Part shown: piece after piece, positions 8,801 through 19,256 of the stretch
How positions within the stretch are numbered: position 1 is the first letter of the stretch
Layout: each line of letters starts with the position of its first letter
IMG/VR virus record: IMGVR_UViG_3300013232_000048
Strand: one strand, 5' to 3'
DNA length: 53,878 bases
Source of the DNA: a virus
Position numbers and translations under genes: made by a program
The notes under the pieces: model-generated
What the model saw: the letters and a program-made list of their open reading frames with translations, nothing else
Database searches by the model: none
What the model was told of the DNA's origin: nothing

Positions 8801-11800
8801 ATCACTTTGCTAATCTGTTGGATTTAATGACATATATTAAAGACGTATATCCTACGGATAAAAAAAAAAGTAAGCCAGCAGTAGCTCCAACAGTTGCCGT
8901 CAGTCCTGACGTAGCAAAAATGACCAAGTCGGACTTGCATGAAAAGTTATTTTCTTTGGGGTATAAAACTACATTAAAAGTTGTTTCAAACGGAGTGGAG
9001 TACTTACACCCCTCAAATGGATCGGTTATAATCCTTTACTATGATGGTAAATCACTTTATATTTCTCCAGCCGCTACAATCAAATATGCATTCAATACTT
9101 TTCAAGAGTTGAGTGATTACCTTGATAAGTTATATCCGGGTGGTGGGAGTATGGATTTTTCCAAATTGCCGAAGGAACCAACTGGTGGTGGAATAACCAA
9201 TGAAGAATACGAGCAATTGAAATCTCTTGCGGGCAAACACGGATATATTTCTTCGTGGATGGGCAGTCAAGGTCAAGCTGGAGTAAGTGATCATGTATCT
9301 ATTTATAAAAAACCTGTTGATGAATCGCCTCCGGCAAAATATCCTCTTGTCTATACAGTCTGGAAGTATGGTGAATATTATCAAATAAATGATGTCAACG
9401 GAAACCCCTTATCATTAACTGATGGGTTTGAAAAACTAAAACAAAGTATTGAGAAGTTACTTGATCCGAAAGAAGCACTCATAACTCTATTAGAACTTCT
9501 TAAACAGGGTGGATTTCAATACGTCAAAGGTCCATCGAAGAATGGTGGGTATGAATATGCCAATACAAAAAATGAGTCCTTCCAATATTTTCCTCATAAC
9601 AAAACTTCGACCTTGTACGATGCGGCAGTTAGTAACATGGTTTTCTTTGACAATTTGCAACAAGCAGTGGATTATCTAACCAAGAAATATGGAAACTTAA
9701 CTCCATCTCCAGTGGCAAAAGATGTTGAAGTTCCATTTGCAAAAGTGGGAAAGATAACTGTCTTTCCTTCGTGGGCAACTGACAAACTGCGTGACTTGAT
9801 GGAAAAGGGAAAGTTCTACTATAAGGGTCCAACATCGGGGGGTGTAGGTTATCGCTATGATAACGAAGCTGAAGATTGGATAACTCTATACAAAGATGGA
9901 TCGTCGGAAGTCTATGATAAGAAACATGGAAACTCCATTGCCTACAATAACTTACCCGATTTGATGGAGTACATGCAGGAGAAGTATGGTTCATCGCCTG
10001 CTCCAGAAGAAGATGTTCCAACGAAAGAAGTACCGTCAACCATAGATTTATTAGGTGATTTGCCAGCGGCTCTTGCCAAAGGTGGATTTAAGTATGCGTC
10101 TCCGGTTGATAGTAGTGATGATAGTTATAGTAGTGGAAGTGTTTATGATGGTAACGATGGAACTAGGATCGTTTTTTATGACAGTGGAAAATCAAACATC
10201 TATTATTCGAACGGCTCTTCTATATCGTTGAATACTCCCAATGAGTTAGTTCAATGGCTGATAGACAAGTATGGTCAACCCTATCAATCTCACACCGAAG
10301 AACTGTATGCGAGATTGAAACAGTATGGATACAAAGATTATCCTTACTCGAACCCACAATTTGTAACGTGGATACATCCGACATCGACAGACCGAATACA
10401 GGTACAGGATGATGGACATGTTATTATTGATCCTGCTGTTACTGCCGAGGAAAAAGGAGCGGTATCAATTTATCTTGATACACCGCAGCAGTTACTTGAA
10501 TATTTGGATAAAAAACATGGGCCTGCTAAGTTGAAGTTGAAGCAGATTCATGAAGAGTTGCCGAAGTTGTTGAAAGAAATTGGGTTTGTGTTAGAAGTCC
10601 TGCCACATATAAGTTTGAATCAGGTTTATAAACATCCACAAGGAAGTACATTTACCGTTCACGAAAAAAATAAGGCGTATGAAATCCATGTCGGGTCAAT
10701 AAAAGTAACTTACCAAAGTATTACGGATGCCATCTATTTCCTTAATCAGTATTTCCATACGGGAGGAAATAACGCCGAAGCTTCAATGGTTACAGGAAAC
10801 ACCGGAAATACTGCTCTTGATGCTGCTATCAATAATGCAGGATTTAAGTATCATGGTACTGCGGAAGATACGTCGGCGATGATATTCTATTCTAACGACG
10901 GAGTCCAACTTAAAATCTTCGACGATAAATCATCTATTCATAATTGGCCTCAAACAGCTATGGGTGGTAAGCAAAAAGTAACCACTTTTAATGACTTTGA
11001 AAGTCTTACAGAGTTCTTGGGTCAGTTGCACGGAAGGAAAGAACCCAAACCAGAAGATTTTCCATTTCCTCAATTGTTGGCACAGTGGGAAGATTTGTCT
11101 GGTAAGTTGAAAGACTATGGGTTTACTTATAAAACCACAAGTAAATCGGGGAATGTTAGTTACAAGGTCTATTCTCATGTAAACCTAGTCAACTTAACAG
11201 TTTATGCTGATGGAAAATCTGCTTATATGGGAAAGGCGTCTGTAGGTGGGCTTACATTCAATACTTTCAAAGAGTTGGAATCCTTTTTGGATACACACTA
11301 TGGTAAAAAAGAAGACTATGCCATTAGCTATTACGATAATTTGGGTCCAAGTCAAACTGCGTATTCCATTCGCTTGAAAGAAGAAGATGAAAAACAACTT
11401 AAGAGTTTGGGTTGGGTGTGGGTACCATCAGCAGAAAGTAGTACGGTATCTGCTTATGTGCATAAAGATACTGCCAAGAGATTAGTATTCTACAACATGC
11501 TTCTTGCTGTAAATAAAGATAAACCAACTGCGGCTTTGCTCGATAAAAGTTTCTATAATTTGATGGACTTCAAAGGTAAGTTTATTCCCGAAGTTATAGC
11601 TTATTTCATTGAACATCCTGAGAAAATATCGGATGCCAATCCTCCTGGAGGAAAATACAGTGTTCATTATTATGATGAAGTGGGACCCGATCAATCACAT
11701 TACAGTATTCGTTTGAGAAAGGAAGATGAGGAGATACTGGAGGACCACGGGTTTATCTGGCGTCCTGCTCATAATAGTGGTGATCCTAACTGGTATCAAA

Positions 11801-14800
11801 ACACAGTCAACGAAACCTATTTGATGTTTTACAACATGTCTTTGCCTGACAATAAATCAGGTCCTGCCGCCAAACTTACACATAAGTATGTAGAACCTAT
11901 TACTAGTTGGACTACGATTGACTTGACGTTGAAATGGGTAACAGACCACATAGCATCAATCAAAGGAGGAAACTATAGTGTTCATTATTATAACGTAGTG
12001 GGTCCAGGACAAGAAGCCAAGACGATTCGTTTGAAGAAGAAAGATGAAGCTGTCCTTTTGGAATTGGGATACAAATGGGTACCATCGTGGGTGCAAGGTA
12101 AACCAAGTGCTTATGTCAATATTATTGGAGGCAAACGCATTGAGTTTTACAACAAAAATCTGGAGCAGTATAGTGGAAACTCTAGTATTGGTGTGCGTTT
12201 GAAAAATTATGAGGGTACAAAAACACTAAATGAATGGATTGAGATTGAAAATGCATTGTTATCGTTATCGTTAAGTGAAGGAAAAAATAAAGCATCTAAA
12301 CAGAGTATATTGACTTATGCAGACGCCAACCCGATTATAAATAATCATCTTCCAACGGTTCTTACTGCGGATGCCAATCTGTATGATCTGATAACATTTA
12401 AGGAGGATGAAAAAAGCGGACAGAAAGAAATGGATCAGAGTACGGGTGAAATATGGGTATCGTATGAAGGAAAGTTGAGGTTTGCCATTGGAAAACTAAA
12501 TGTTAATGATTGCCTGGAACCATCATGGTATATTCGTCAAGTTACTGGGGTAGATAAAATTAAGTTGGGTGAAGAGATTTATACTTTTTACACCGCCAAC
12601 AATGCAATACAGTATATCAATAAATATAGCTTACAGTTTTTAACCGGCGTTCCAATAACGCAGAGCTTGTTACTAAATAAAAAACCAAAAGGAATTGCCG
12701 GCAAAGACCTTTTACCACTTCATTTTGCCGTACTAGGCATAGCCGCAGGGTTTAGTCAAGTGGGGAATGAACAGGAAGGTGTGGTTTATACACATGAAAA
12801 TGGAGAATTTTCATTTACTTGGACTCCTACAAGTATTACTTGGTTTGCCGGTGAGGTCGGCATTAAAGAAGTTACTCCTCTTGCTCCCGCAACTACAACC
12901 GAATTTATTGCGAGCGCACTGGAAAATTGTGGCCCGGAGATGAATGTTGCTGAATTGGACAAAGTATTTTGTTCGGCGGCGCAATCGAGAAAAGAAAAGA
13001 TATTTGATCGTATGCTTAAAATAGCAAGGAAGCATAACGGTGCCAATATGGAAGGAACTCGGTTACATAAGGCGTTGACAGACAAATGGTTTATATGGAA
13101 TGATTTCGATCATGTGTATATGAACGAGAGACTATCTCAAGTTGTGGTAGTAACTCTGTCTAAAAATGTTGCTTACAATGAATATCATCTGTACTGGATA
13201 AAGGTAGATGGTAGTATTGCTCATGCCACACCGGGGGAAACATTGTTGATGGCGTTTATAGGTCCTAATGGTTCATTGAAACAATACCATCAGACTTTCA
13301 AGTCTGCAAAAAACCTTACTTTGACGCCAAGTGGTCATTTATACAAGGTGCATAGTAATGAAGCCAATGCCGACCGTATTAAAGTAAATGAACATGATAC
13401 TGAACTTCTTGAAAAGTGCGGATTTGTTTGGAATTCTTCCTTTTTTGCTTATACTAATTTAGATGAAGATTCATTTTCATTTACCAACACCGATAAAGCA
13501 CAATATTGGAATGCCGCAGAGTTTATGGGATATGGATTTGATGAAATCTCTCAAGCACTGACGTTTGCTATTCAAAAATACATAACTATGGCAGTAGGTA
13601 CTGGAGTGCATCCAACTCAAGCACATTCCAAAATGATTACAACTCCCATCACTGCTCCAAATAAAATGGCTTCCGAAGAAAGTTGGGGTCCGTTTAGTGA
13701 TGAGGCGTATGATAAAGATTATCCAGAGGATGAAGATGACGTGGATATGATTGACTTGAATGACCAAGATACTGGTGAATTGAAAAAACTTGGCTTTGAG
13801 CATGATCCAAAAAACCATAGTTACGTGAAGCACATTCAGAAGGGAGAAAAACCAAACATGAAGTATAAGTTTATCGAAGCAAAGAAGAAAGGCAGTGATA
13901 AGGGTAAAAAAGGCAAACATATTGCTAAGCAGTTTGATTTACCACTGGATGACCCAAAGCACGAGGAACCAGTTGGAGAACTAGATCAGTATGAAGTTAT
14001 TTATGCATTCAATACTGGCAATGCAACGTGGACTTTAACTGACGATCCAGGACCTGGTGGGGATGAAACACAGATGGAAGATGGGACAATCAAGGAAGTC
14101 TTAACCTTTGTTTGGAAGCGATGGTCCAAGATCAAATGGAGTGAGCTACCTTCGGATAATGTATCAAAGAAACTTAGTGAAATGGGATTTACATTCACAG
14201 GAGAAGTAGGTACTGCGGGATATACATATACTAAAAAGATAGGAGAATTTACAAACAAGGTTCAGATATATCCTCCAGATAAGTTTATTTACGTTGTATA
14301 TCAAACCGCTGGCGGATCAACAGCCGAACAAGTTTTCAAATATGAAGATACGATTGACGGAGGCATAAAGTATTTGCAGACGCATGTTCATGCTCCTCCA
14401 CCAAAGAAGAACCCATTACCAAAGAAGTCTAAGCATATTACGACCGTGGAAGATGCGATTCTTAATGGTGGGGGGAGATATATGGATGCTCCATTAGAAT
14501 GGAAACAATATGCTCCGTATGCTCCAGTTAAATCTCCAAAATCTACGACGGTGTATCCAGCACAAATACATAATGAAATATTAAACCTTGGATTTGTTTG
14601 GAGTGACAATCTTGGGATTTATACAAAAAATTACGCCGATGTCAATAAATGGGAAGCAGTAAAATATGAAGATGAATTGGCGTTTTATTTTTATCCAGCT
14701 ACAAGTTGGGATATGTCACGACGGTATTTTGTCTCTAAAAACTCCACTGCGGTTCTTAACAAAATACACATTATTGATAGTTGGAAAAGCGAAAAATCTA

Positions 14801-15498
14801 AAATTTGGGGTGGAGGAACTGGTGAAGTTCCATACAGTGGATTTGATTATGTTAACTTTTACCACAAGGAGCAGGGGCTTCCTACTAATATGAGTATTCA
14901 ACTTGAACCCAAGGACGAAAAGGTTATGGAAGATATGGGATTTAACTTGAACCATTTGCCTGCAACATCCAAATCATACAAATATGCTTATGTCAAAGAT
15001 GCCGAGCGAATGTTCTTTTTTGCTGGTGGTGGGGTGGCCCCTGGAGCGGCGTATTGGACAGACAATACAGGAGTTCAACAATACTTTCCAACAGTAAAGC
15101 AAGCAATGCAGTTTTTGTGGGATAAATATGCTCCAAAGAAAAAGGTGACTGGTGAGATGCCGTTTAGTGATTATCCATATCATAACCTATGGAAGTTACA
15201 AAACATCAACCAACACGTTGCCATTAAGTTAGTGGACGATGACTACGAGGTAATGAAGAGTATGGGATTTAGAGAAAAGTTTAACAAGGGTCTTGGACCC
15301 TATTATCAGAATGGAATTGAAGATATAACATTTTATGCTGATGGAACGGCGAAGTATTGGGAAAACAACACTTCGGGCAACCCTCCTACAAAGTTTCCTT
15401 CGGTAAAAGCTGCAATGACAAAACTCTGGAGAAAACACGCTCCTTACATTGAAGAAACCATTGGTTACGAAGACCTAACTGATCTTATGATGGCATAG
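5836..15498 (+). CDS. giant 3220-aa repeat protein of unknown function
   Basis: Single uninterrupted 9663-nt ORF. It contains many divergent repeats of about 90-110 aa with the pattern GF(K/T)Y...YxDG.s.Y...tF.el..fL...YG, an acidic DEDEDEDE stretch and a KKGSDKGKKGK stretch. Confidence 0.85.
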   Translation: MAISLKEQLNQAQQITEVIYRAPIFGYNYYQHGNHSKGREQGRRMFYDFYAMELLWSKLGGGAGSKAEQNRVNQAKAKVAAGTATDDDYFYANLDPKYSGISAWHGTSAVAGAVILPHKLQTTVDDLYEQVTRAVSKELLDYVRFAVIQEFQYLISYSDGWSKFRQEIVSHYNSSSTITKQQFDAIVNKRIPEMRPYPSVVKRLLKYSKYFSSMHTIDDKDPFDVTRNLSGKPPVGPSEPEDPFIEPQGHEEDEPISMPGGEEPPPEGEEIPGREFGTQGDVVGNIPPGWPDDKDEDEDEDEKNKLTEQLLTEEEINPKKIKKVMAAMKKADITLDDIEKSYNYIPWGGGYGGPKWGAGALALLKLMEARKTMDVEGLNSIIDHIYDLQHNTGALLNKGPMYVEDEDLNRRYKIRHIARFLPHVSLVVKGIITICLKYLENDPAQAKLEMEKEKIVSSPTKDMTPEQQAFLKEKGFNFVNAGRCRAAINFKNKMGASVSGVYYQITAHADGRFSVNDNLMADIQVFNTFEEVQKFIPHFEADIKKGGVSSSSSSHAAPIKSEKEIYKQSHSRIKLPADKETDLLYQAKMGWRNSQKYKAYFPGSKRFELYAFSDGSFLATYSDSMEFKVFTDWINAFNYCKTEGAKALDYPDKDGALAAIGKGGSGNVVSPSEPVGAPVVPSKPVVTVDYYLEPLEVQSIKQLLSAASFTAIHVIGQDSTGMYNIGTLQNGHLFSVGHKLNTAYGKTYRVAHNLPGGVPETWTFSDWKQTYEFLQKNLQGLIKNIPISSTKSFLSATTPLAYTPTGNDLPAYSPSKASYAMHTGIQTPPKHTIRLTKEDEALVTAAGFIPKMLSGDVWYIHKFAKDTIKFYPNNTAKLLFTSQSSTVPGVNFNNIEKMLVWVQKNYTSTTTKSPLETGVPTAAPVAGGGTQLGSMMEKILISAGFAWNDATKTYEDANKPGAPNTIVIKPNKASVLMVKPNTAYNDEVHHFANLLDLMTYIKDVYPTDKKKSKPAVAPTVAVSPDVAKMTKSDLHEKLFSLGYKTTLKVVSNGVEYLHPSNGSVIILYYDGKSLYISPAATIKYAFNTFQELSDYLDKLYPGGGSMDFSKLPKEPTGGGITNEEYEQLKSLAGKHGYISSWMGSQGQAGVSDHVSIYKKPVDESPPAKYPLVYTVWKYGEYYQINDVNGNPLSLTDGFEKLKQSIEKLLDPKEALITLLELLKQGGFQYVKGPSKNGGYEYANTKNESFQYFPHNKTSTLYDAAVSNMVFFDNLQQAVDYLTKKYGNLTPSPVAKDVEVPFAKVGKITVFPSWATDKLRDLMEKGKFYYKGPTSGGVGYRYDNEAEDWITLYKDGSSEVYDKKHGNSIAYNNLPDLMEYMQEKYGSSPAPEEDVPTKEVPSTIDLLGDLPAALAKGGFKYASPVDSSDDSYSSGSVYDGNDGTRIVFYDSGKSNIYYSNGSSISLNTPNELVQWLIDKYGQPYQSHTEELYARLKQYGYKDYPYSNPQFVTWIHPTSTDRIQVQDDGHVIIDPAVTAEEKGAVSIYLDTPQQLLEYLDKKHGPAKLKLKQIHEELPKLLKEIGFVLEVLPHISLNQVYKHPQGSTFTVHEKNKAYEIHVGSIKVTYQSITDAIYFLNQYFHTGGNNAEASMVTGNTGNTALDAAINNAGFKYHGTAEDTSAMIFYSNDGVQLKIFDDKSSIHNWPQTAMGGKQKVTTFNDFESLTEFLGQLHGRKEPKPEDFPFPQLLAQWEDLSGKLKDYGFTYKTTSKSGNVSYKVYSHVNLVNLTVYADGKSAYMGKASVGGLTFNTFKELESFLDTHYGKKEDYAISYYDNLGPSQTAYSIRLKEEDEKQLKSLGWVWVPSAESSTVSAYVHKDTAKRLVFYNMLLAVNKDKPTAALLDKSFYNLMDFKGKFIPEVIAYFIEHPEKISDANPPGGKYSVHYYDEVGPDQSHYSIRLRKEDEEILEDHGFIWRPAHNSGDPNWYQNTVNETYLMFYNMSLPDNKSGPAAKLTHKYVEPITSWTTIDLTLKWVTDHIASIKGGNYSVHYYNVVGPGQEAKTIRLKKKDEAVLLELGYKWVPSWVQGKPSAYVNIIGGKRIEFYNKNLEQYSGNSSIGVRLKNYEGTKTLNEWIEIENALLSLSLSEGKNKASKQSILTYADANPIINNHLPTVLTADANLYDLITFKEDEKSGQKEMDQSTGEIWVSYEGKLRFAIGKLNVNDCLEPSWYIRQVTGVDKIKLGEEIYTFYTANNAIQYINKYSLQFLTGVPITQSLLLNKKPKGIAGKDLLPLHFAVLGIAAGFSQVGNEQEGVVYTHENGEFSFTWTPTSITWFAGEVGIKEVTPLAPATTTEFIASALENCGPEMNVAELDKVFCSAAQSRKEKIFDRMLKIARKHNGANMEGTRLHKALTDKWFIWNDFDHVYMNERLSQVVVVTLSKNVAYNEYHLYWIKVDGSIAHATPGETLLMAFIGPNGSLKQYHQTFKSAKNLTLTPSGHLYKVHSNEANADRIKVNEHDTELLEKCGFVWNSSFFAYTNLDEDSFSFTNTDKAQYWNAAEFMGYGFDEISQALTFAIQKYITMAVGTGVHPTQAHSKMITTPITAPNKMASEESWGPFSDEAYDKDYPEDEDDVDMIDLNDQDTGELKKLGFEHDPKNHSYVKHIQKGEKPNMKYKFIEAKKKGSDKGKKGKHIAKQFDLPLDDPKHEEPVGELDQYEVIYAFNTGNATWTLTDDPGPGGDETQMEDGTIKEVLTFVWKRWSKIKWSELPSDNVSKKLSEMGFTFTGEVGTAGYTYTKKIGEFTNKVQIYPPDKFIYVVYQTAGGSTAEQVFKYEDTIDGGIKYLQTHVHAPPPKKNPLPKKSKHITTVEDAILNGGGRYMDAPLEWKQYAPYAPVKSPKSTTVYPAQIHNEILNLGFVWSDNLGIYTKNYADVNKWEAVKYEDELAFYFYPATSWDMSRRYFVSKNSTAVLNKIHIIDSWKSEKSKIWGGGTGEVPYSGFDYVNFYHKEQGLPTNMSIQLEPKDEKVMEDMGFNLNHLPATSKSYKYAYVKDAERMFFFAGGGVAPGAAYWTDNTGVQQYFPTVKQAMQFLWDKYAPKKKVTGEMPFSDYPYHNLWKLQNINQHVAIKLVDDDYEVMKSMGFREKFNKGLGPYYQNGIEDITFYADGTAKYWENNTSGNPPTKFPSVKAAMTKLWRKHAPYIEETIGYEDLTDLMMA

Positions 15499-15827
15499 TG
15501 GGCGGGATAGCTACGATTCGGGTTTGTTGTTTTCCATTTTTGTCGGTGAAGGATATTTTGTATCCTATCTCACAGTCATCTTTTCCAAACCCGTGGGTTC
15601 TTTCCATTTGAGTTATTTGTTGAGTGGGAAGTCTAGGAGGTTCTGGGGGTAAAACACGTCTTGGAGATGGATGCAGCTTCCGTCCCAGGAACCGTTTGAA
15701 GTTATTCTGCATCGAGTTAAACTGTGTTTGATCCATAAAAAAAGATGTTTTGGTCTTTCCATACATATTTACATTCAGACACACGATTGATATTTATCAA
15801 TCAAATATACACACAGAAAGATGAAAT

Positions 15828-16769
15828 ATGACACAAACAGATTTCTCGCCTCTCGATGCCCACGGCGTCGGTTCCCAAAATATCATCAAACAAAAGATCA
15901 ACAACGGAGATACTCTTACCTCCGATGACGTTGGTGCTTTAATAACTGAACTACAACGAAATGTGCAATCACCAGCCGTAGATAAAATGGCAATCGAAGT
16001 TAGACAAACTCTTCTTACTGCATCGGACAGAGAAGTGGCGCTAACTGGAGAAGTATTGAAAGAAGTTATGAAAGAATTCATGCCTGAAGATAGAGTTCCG
16101 CCTGCCTTATCTACTAACCCTGTGAAACGGAAAGCATTCGAAGAAACCAAAAAGATAATAGATAACTTTCGTGAAAAAACGGCAAACTATCCTAAGTACA
16201 TATCGTATGAAGGGTCAATGGTGTTATGCGTCATGCTCTCAATGAAAGATGTAGCAAGTGTACATATATCTAACCTTCCACAAGTGGACCAAGATGTCAT
16301 TAAAGGATTGTTTGTGGGGGCTCCCAATAAATGCGTTACTAACTTCAGCGTAAAGTTTGATAATGACAAGGATTTTATCCTATTAGATTTTTATGCACAC
16401 AATGATTTCACCGTTAAAATGCTAAACTCGGTTGCTCATCCAAGACCTGAAGATTTGAAAGATGTTGGAGAAGTAGTCCCCATTGAAAATGATGGAGATC
16501 GCATTGCCGTTGGTGGTAAAATTATTATGGACAAACGAAACATCCAACGTCTGGGTGGAATAGTAACTGGAGATCATAAGCCAGAAATGGATGTAGAGTT
16601 AGCTCCAAAACGACAACCTGTTAGTGGTCGCAATGCGTTTGAGATTCGCACTGATATTATGCAAATGGCTTTGGATTGGTCGGTGGCTAATAACAAAACA
16701 GGAATGTCACCTGCCGATGTAGTCAATGTTGCCAAAGTTTTCTATTCATTCGTTGAAAATAGAAGGTAA
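15828..16769 (+). CDS. hypothetical protein
   Basis: 313-aa ORF and first gene of a tightly packed plus-strand cluster. It is preceded by an A-rich leader. Confidence 0.6.
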   Translation: MTQTDFSPLDAHGVGSQNIIKQKINNGDTLTSDDVGALITELQRNVQSPAVDKMAIEVRQTLLTASDREVALTGEVLKEVMKEFMPEDRVPPALSTNPVKRKAFEETKKIIDNFREKTANYPKYISYEGSMVLCVMLSMKDVASVHISNLPQVDQDVIKGLFVGAPNKCVTNFSVKFDNDKDFILLDFYAHNDFTVKMLNSVAHPRPEDLKDVGEVVPIENDGDRIAVGGKIIMDKRNIQRLGGIVTGDHKPEMDVELAPKRQPVSGRNAFEIRTDIMQMALDWSVANNKTGMSPADVVNVAKVFYSFVENRR

Positions 16770-16771
16770 AT

Positions 16772-17074
16772 ATGGCCGAGATCATCGAAATAACAGATGA
16801 TGATTTGATAGAATGGGATAAGAATATTGCAAGGTTTATTCGTTTATCCGATTATCAAAAAATGAAAAAGTTGTTGCAATCCATTGATACACAGTTGGAA
16901 CCGTTGAAAGTTGATGATACGTTTGTCCCAAAAAATGCCCGCCAAGGATCGATTCAGTATCATAACAAGGTTAAAAAGGTGGCCCTTGCCCGACAACGTG
17001 AGCGGGTGATAAAAAAGATGTCGGAGCTTGAAGCACTCATCAAACAGGATATTGATTTATTAAAACAGTTATGA
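16772..17074 (+). CDS. hypothetical protein
   Basis: 100-aa ORF that starts 3 nt after the stop of the previous gene. Confidence 0.5.
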   Translation: MAEIIEITDDDLIEWDKNIARFIRLSDYQKMKKLLQSIDTQLEPLKVDDTFVPKNARQGSIQYHNKVKKVALARQRERVIKKMSELEALIKQDIDLLKQL

Positions 17075-17107
17075 TAAACACACAAAACACACACAGAAAG
17101 GTTCATT

Positions 17108-18202
17108 ATGATAGATTACACAAAAAGATCCCTGGAGGGACTATGGGTTGGAGATTGCATTGGAAATCTTGGTCAACTTTACTTCGTTCACGATATTCTT
17201 AAAGCCCTTGAAGGCGGATTAGCCAAGTTCGGCGGGCAACTGGATAAGTTTCAAAAAGGATTCGTTTATTCCGATGATACGGAAGAAGCCATCGTGCTAT
17301 ACAATCACTTGATGAAGTCTGGAGGTCGAACTCCATTCATTGATCAAGATATGTTGGCCTTAGAGTTTGCTGCTCGTTATATGGAGCGTGACCCCGATGG
17401 AGAAATCTATGGGTATGGTCTAAACACCCGCAAAGTCCTCCGTGACATTTATGAAGGAGTGCCGTGGCGAGAAGCCAATAAGATTATCAAAAAAAGTGAA
17501 GGTATGCCTTCCCATATTGATAGTTTGGTAAATAGCTTATCCCAAGGTAAGGGTTTCAAAGATGCAATGGGCGATGTTAATACTGCTCTACAAAAACAAC
17601 GAACTGACCAGATGAATAAAGTCAAAGAAGGTTCCTGTGGCAATGGTTCGGCAATGAGAGTTGCACCGCTGGGAGCATTTCTTGGTGGTATGGTTGATCT
17701 TCAACCTGATAGAATGATTGCCGAAGCAGCACTTCAAGCGCAAGTTACACATTGTCATCCCGAAGGTATTGCTGGGTCTATTGCTATTACTACGGCAGCA
17801 TTAGTTGTTGCGAGTACGCATCAATCTGCCGAACCATTTATGGCTAGTAAAGGGTTATTACAAAAAATCATTCAGTATGTTCCAGAGAGTGAAGTTAGAA
17901 ACGGAATCAAAAAAGCAATGGATCTTCCGGTTGAAACTCCCATCGGAAAGGCAATAGAAGTCCTTGGCAATGGAACTCACGTTACATGTCAGGATACAGT
18001 GCCTCTTTGTTGTTGGTTGATTTCCAAACACTTACAGAAATATTCTCCCGAAGAAACATATGAGAAAGCAATTATTGAAACTTCAATGGCGTTCGGAGAT
18101 GTAGATACTAACTGCGCTATCGTGGGTGGTGTTGTAGGCATTGTCAGTCCTCCACCTGACAAATGGAAGAAGTTTTGCAATCCAATGGAAGGAGTAATAT
18201 GA
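17108..18202 (+). CDS. ADP-ribosylglycohydrolase family protein (ARH/DraG-like)
   Basis: The N-terminal motif SLEGLWVGDCIGN, the central GSCGNGSAMRVAPLG and the C-terminal GDVDTNCAIVGGVVG match the conserved ARH family motifs (metal-binding Asp/Thr). Confidence 0.8.
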   Translation: MIDYTKRSLEGLWVGDCIGNLGQLYFVHDILKALEGGLAKFGGQLDKFQKGFVYSDDTEEAIVLYNHLMKSGGRTPFIDQDMLALEFAARYMERDPDGEIYGYGLNTRKVLRDIYEGVPWREANKIIKKSEGMPSHIDSLVNSLSQGKGFKDAMGDVNTALQKQRTDQMNKVKEGSCGNGSAMRVAPLGAFLGGMVDLQPDRMIAEAALQAQVTHCHPEGIAGSIAITTAALVVASTHQSAEPFMASKGLLQKIIQYVPESEVRNGIKKAMDLPVETPIGKAIEVLGNGTHVTCQDTVPLCCWLISKHLQKYSPEETYEKAIIETSMAFGDVDTNCAIVGGVVGIVSPPPDKWKKFCNPMEGVI

Positions 18203-18804
18203 GCTTATCGCTAATGGCAATCATCCGTGACGATCCCGATTTCGGGAAACGCATTCAAAAGAAAGTTGAAGAGATCAAACAGGACAAAGCAAACTTGTTG
18301 AACTTAGCTGACGATTATGGACAAAGGTACCAACAAGAAATCATTGAAGGTACTGAGTTGAGAAACCGAATGCTCACCGAAGGTACTTCCAAGGGATTGA
18401 GCGAAGAACAGATTATGGCAAGTTATGGGAAGTTTGTTCCCACTGTTTATACGCCCATCCTGAACTTGTTGTATTTTCTCATTATGGAATCCGCCGACGA
18501 TCCATATTATGGAGATAAGCGTTATCAAAAACGAACTCGGTTAGACGAGCAATTTGGTCACTTGCGGGAGGAAGAAGTAAAAAGTGAAGTATTGAAAGAA
18601 CCTCCGAAGATGGAAGAGTTTTTGTATGGAACTCTTACTCTGGAACAGTTTGATGTACTGAAGAAGTTGAAGGCATTGGCACAATCTCCCAATATCAATG
18701 AAGCTACGTTGGCATTCAAAAAGTGTCGGGAATTATGTGCAAAATATGAGCTTGACTATGAGAGGATTCCATGCTATGTTAAGAAAAAGGAGAATCGTGT
18801 ATGA
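18163..18804 (+). CDS. hypothetical protein
   Basis: 213-aa ORF whose start overlaps the end of the ARH gene. Confidence 0.5.
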   Translation: MEEVLQSNGRSNMSLSLMAIIRDDPDFGKRIQKKVEEIKQDKANLLNLADDYGQRYQQEIIEGTELRNRMLTEGTSKGLSEEQIMASYGKFVPTVYTPILNLLYFLIMESADDPYYGDKRYQKRTRLDEQFGHLREEEVKSEVLKEPPKMEEFLYGTLTLEQFDVLKKLKALAQSPNINEATLAFKKCRELCAKYELDYERIPCYVKKKENRV

Positions 18805-19256
18805 AAGAAATAACTATGAAGTCGGGTACAAGGGCGGAAATACTTGAATATCTGCGGGCAAAAGGAATCAAGACTATTACAGTTAACTCAGATGCATCTG
18901 GAGATAACAAGGTTTGGTCTGAAACCCCGAACCCCGGGGAATACTTTGTGTTTTCTCATAATTCTATTGAAATGCAAATGGATAACTTTATCAACGAAGG
19001 AAGTCCCGTTGTATCGATTTGTATTTCACAGGCGGATGGTAAAGCATGTCGGGAGCAGTTTTTTGTTACCGATTATGCCAGTATCAGGACGGATATGGAG
19101 ATCGAAAAATTGGACGACTCAGATATTAGAGAGCGGCGAATAAACGCCATTAAAACAGTTATGGCAATGGAGTTGGATGCCGAAGAGCGGTGGGATCGTA
19201 TCTTGAAGATTGTGGACCAATTTAGAGGAGTTTCTTTCGCATTTGGACCTGTATGA
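18801..19256 (+). CDS. hypothetical protein
   Basis: 151-aa ORF with an ATGA overlap onto the previous gene and an AAGGAG SD upstream. Confidence 0.5.
   Translation: MKEITMKSGTRAEILEYLRAKGIKTITVNSDASGDNKVWSETPNPGEYFVFSHNSIEMQMDNFINEGSPVVSICISQADGKACREQFFVTDYASIRTDMEIEKLDDSDIRERRINAIKTVMAMELDAEERWDRILKIVDQFRGVSFAFGPV

Noticed and set aside
5897-15438. Dozens of 60-150-aa ORFs on both strands inside 5836-15498
   Set aside because: All are embedded in the single 9.7-kb ORF. They are low-complexity, and the long ORF has coherent repeat structure.
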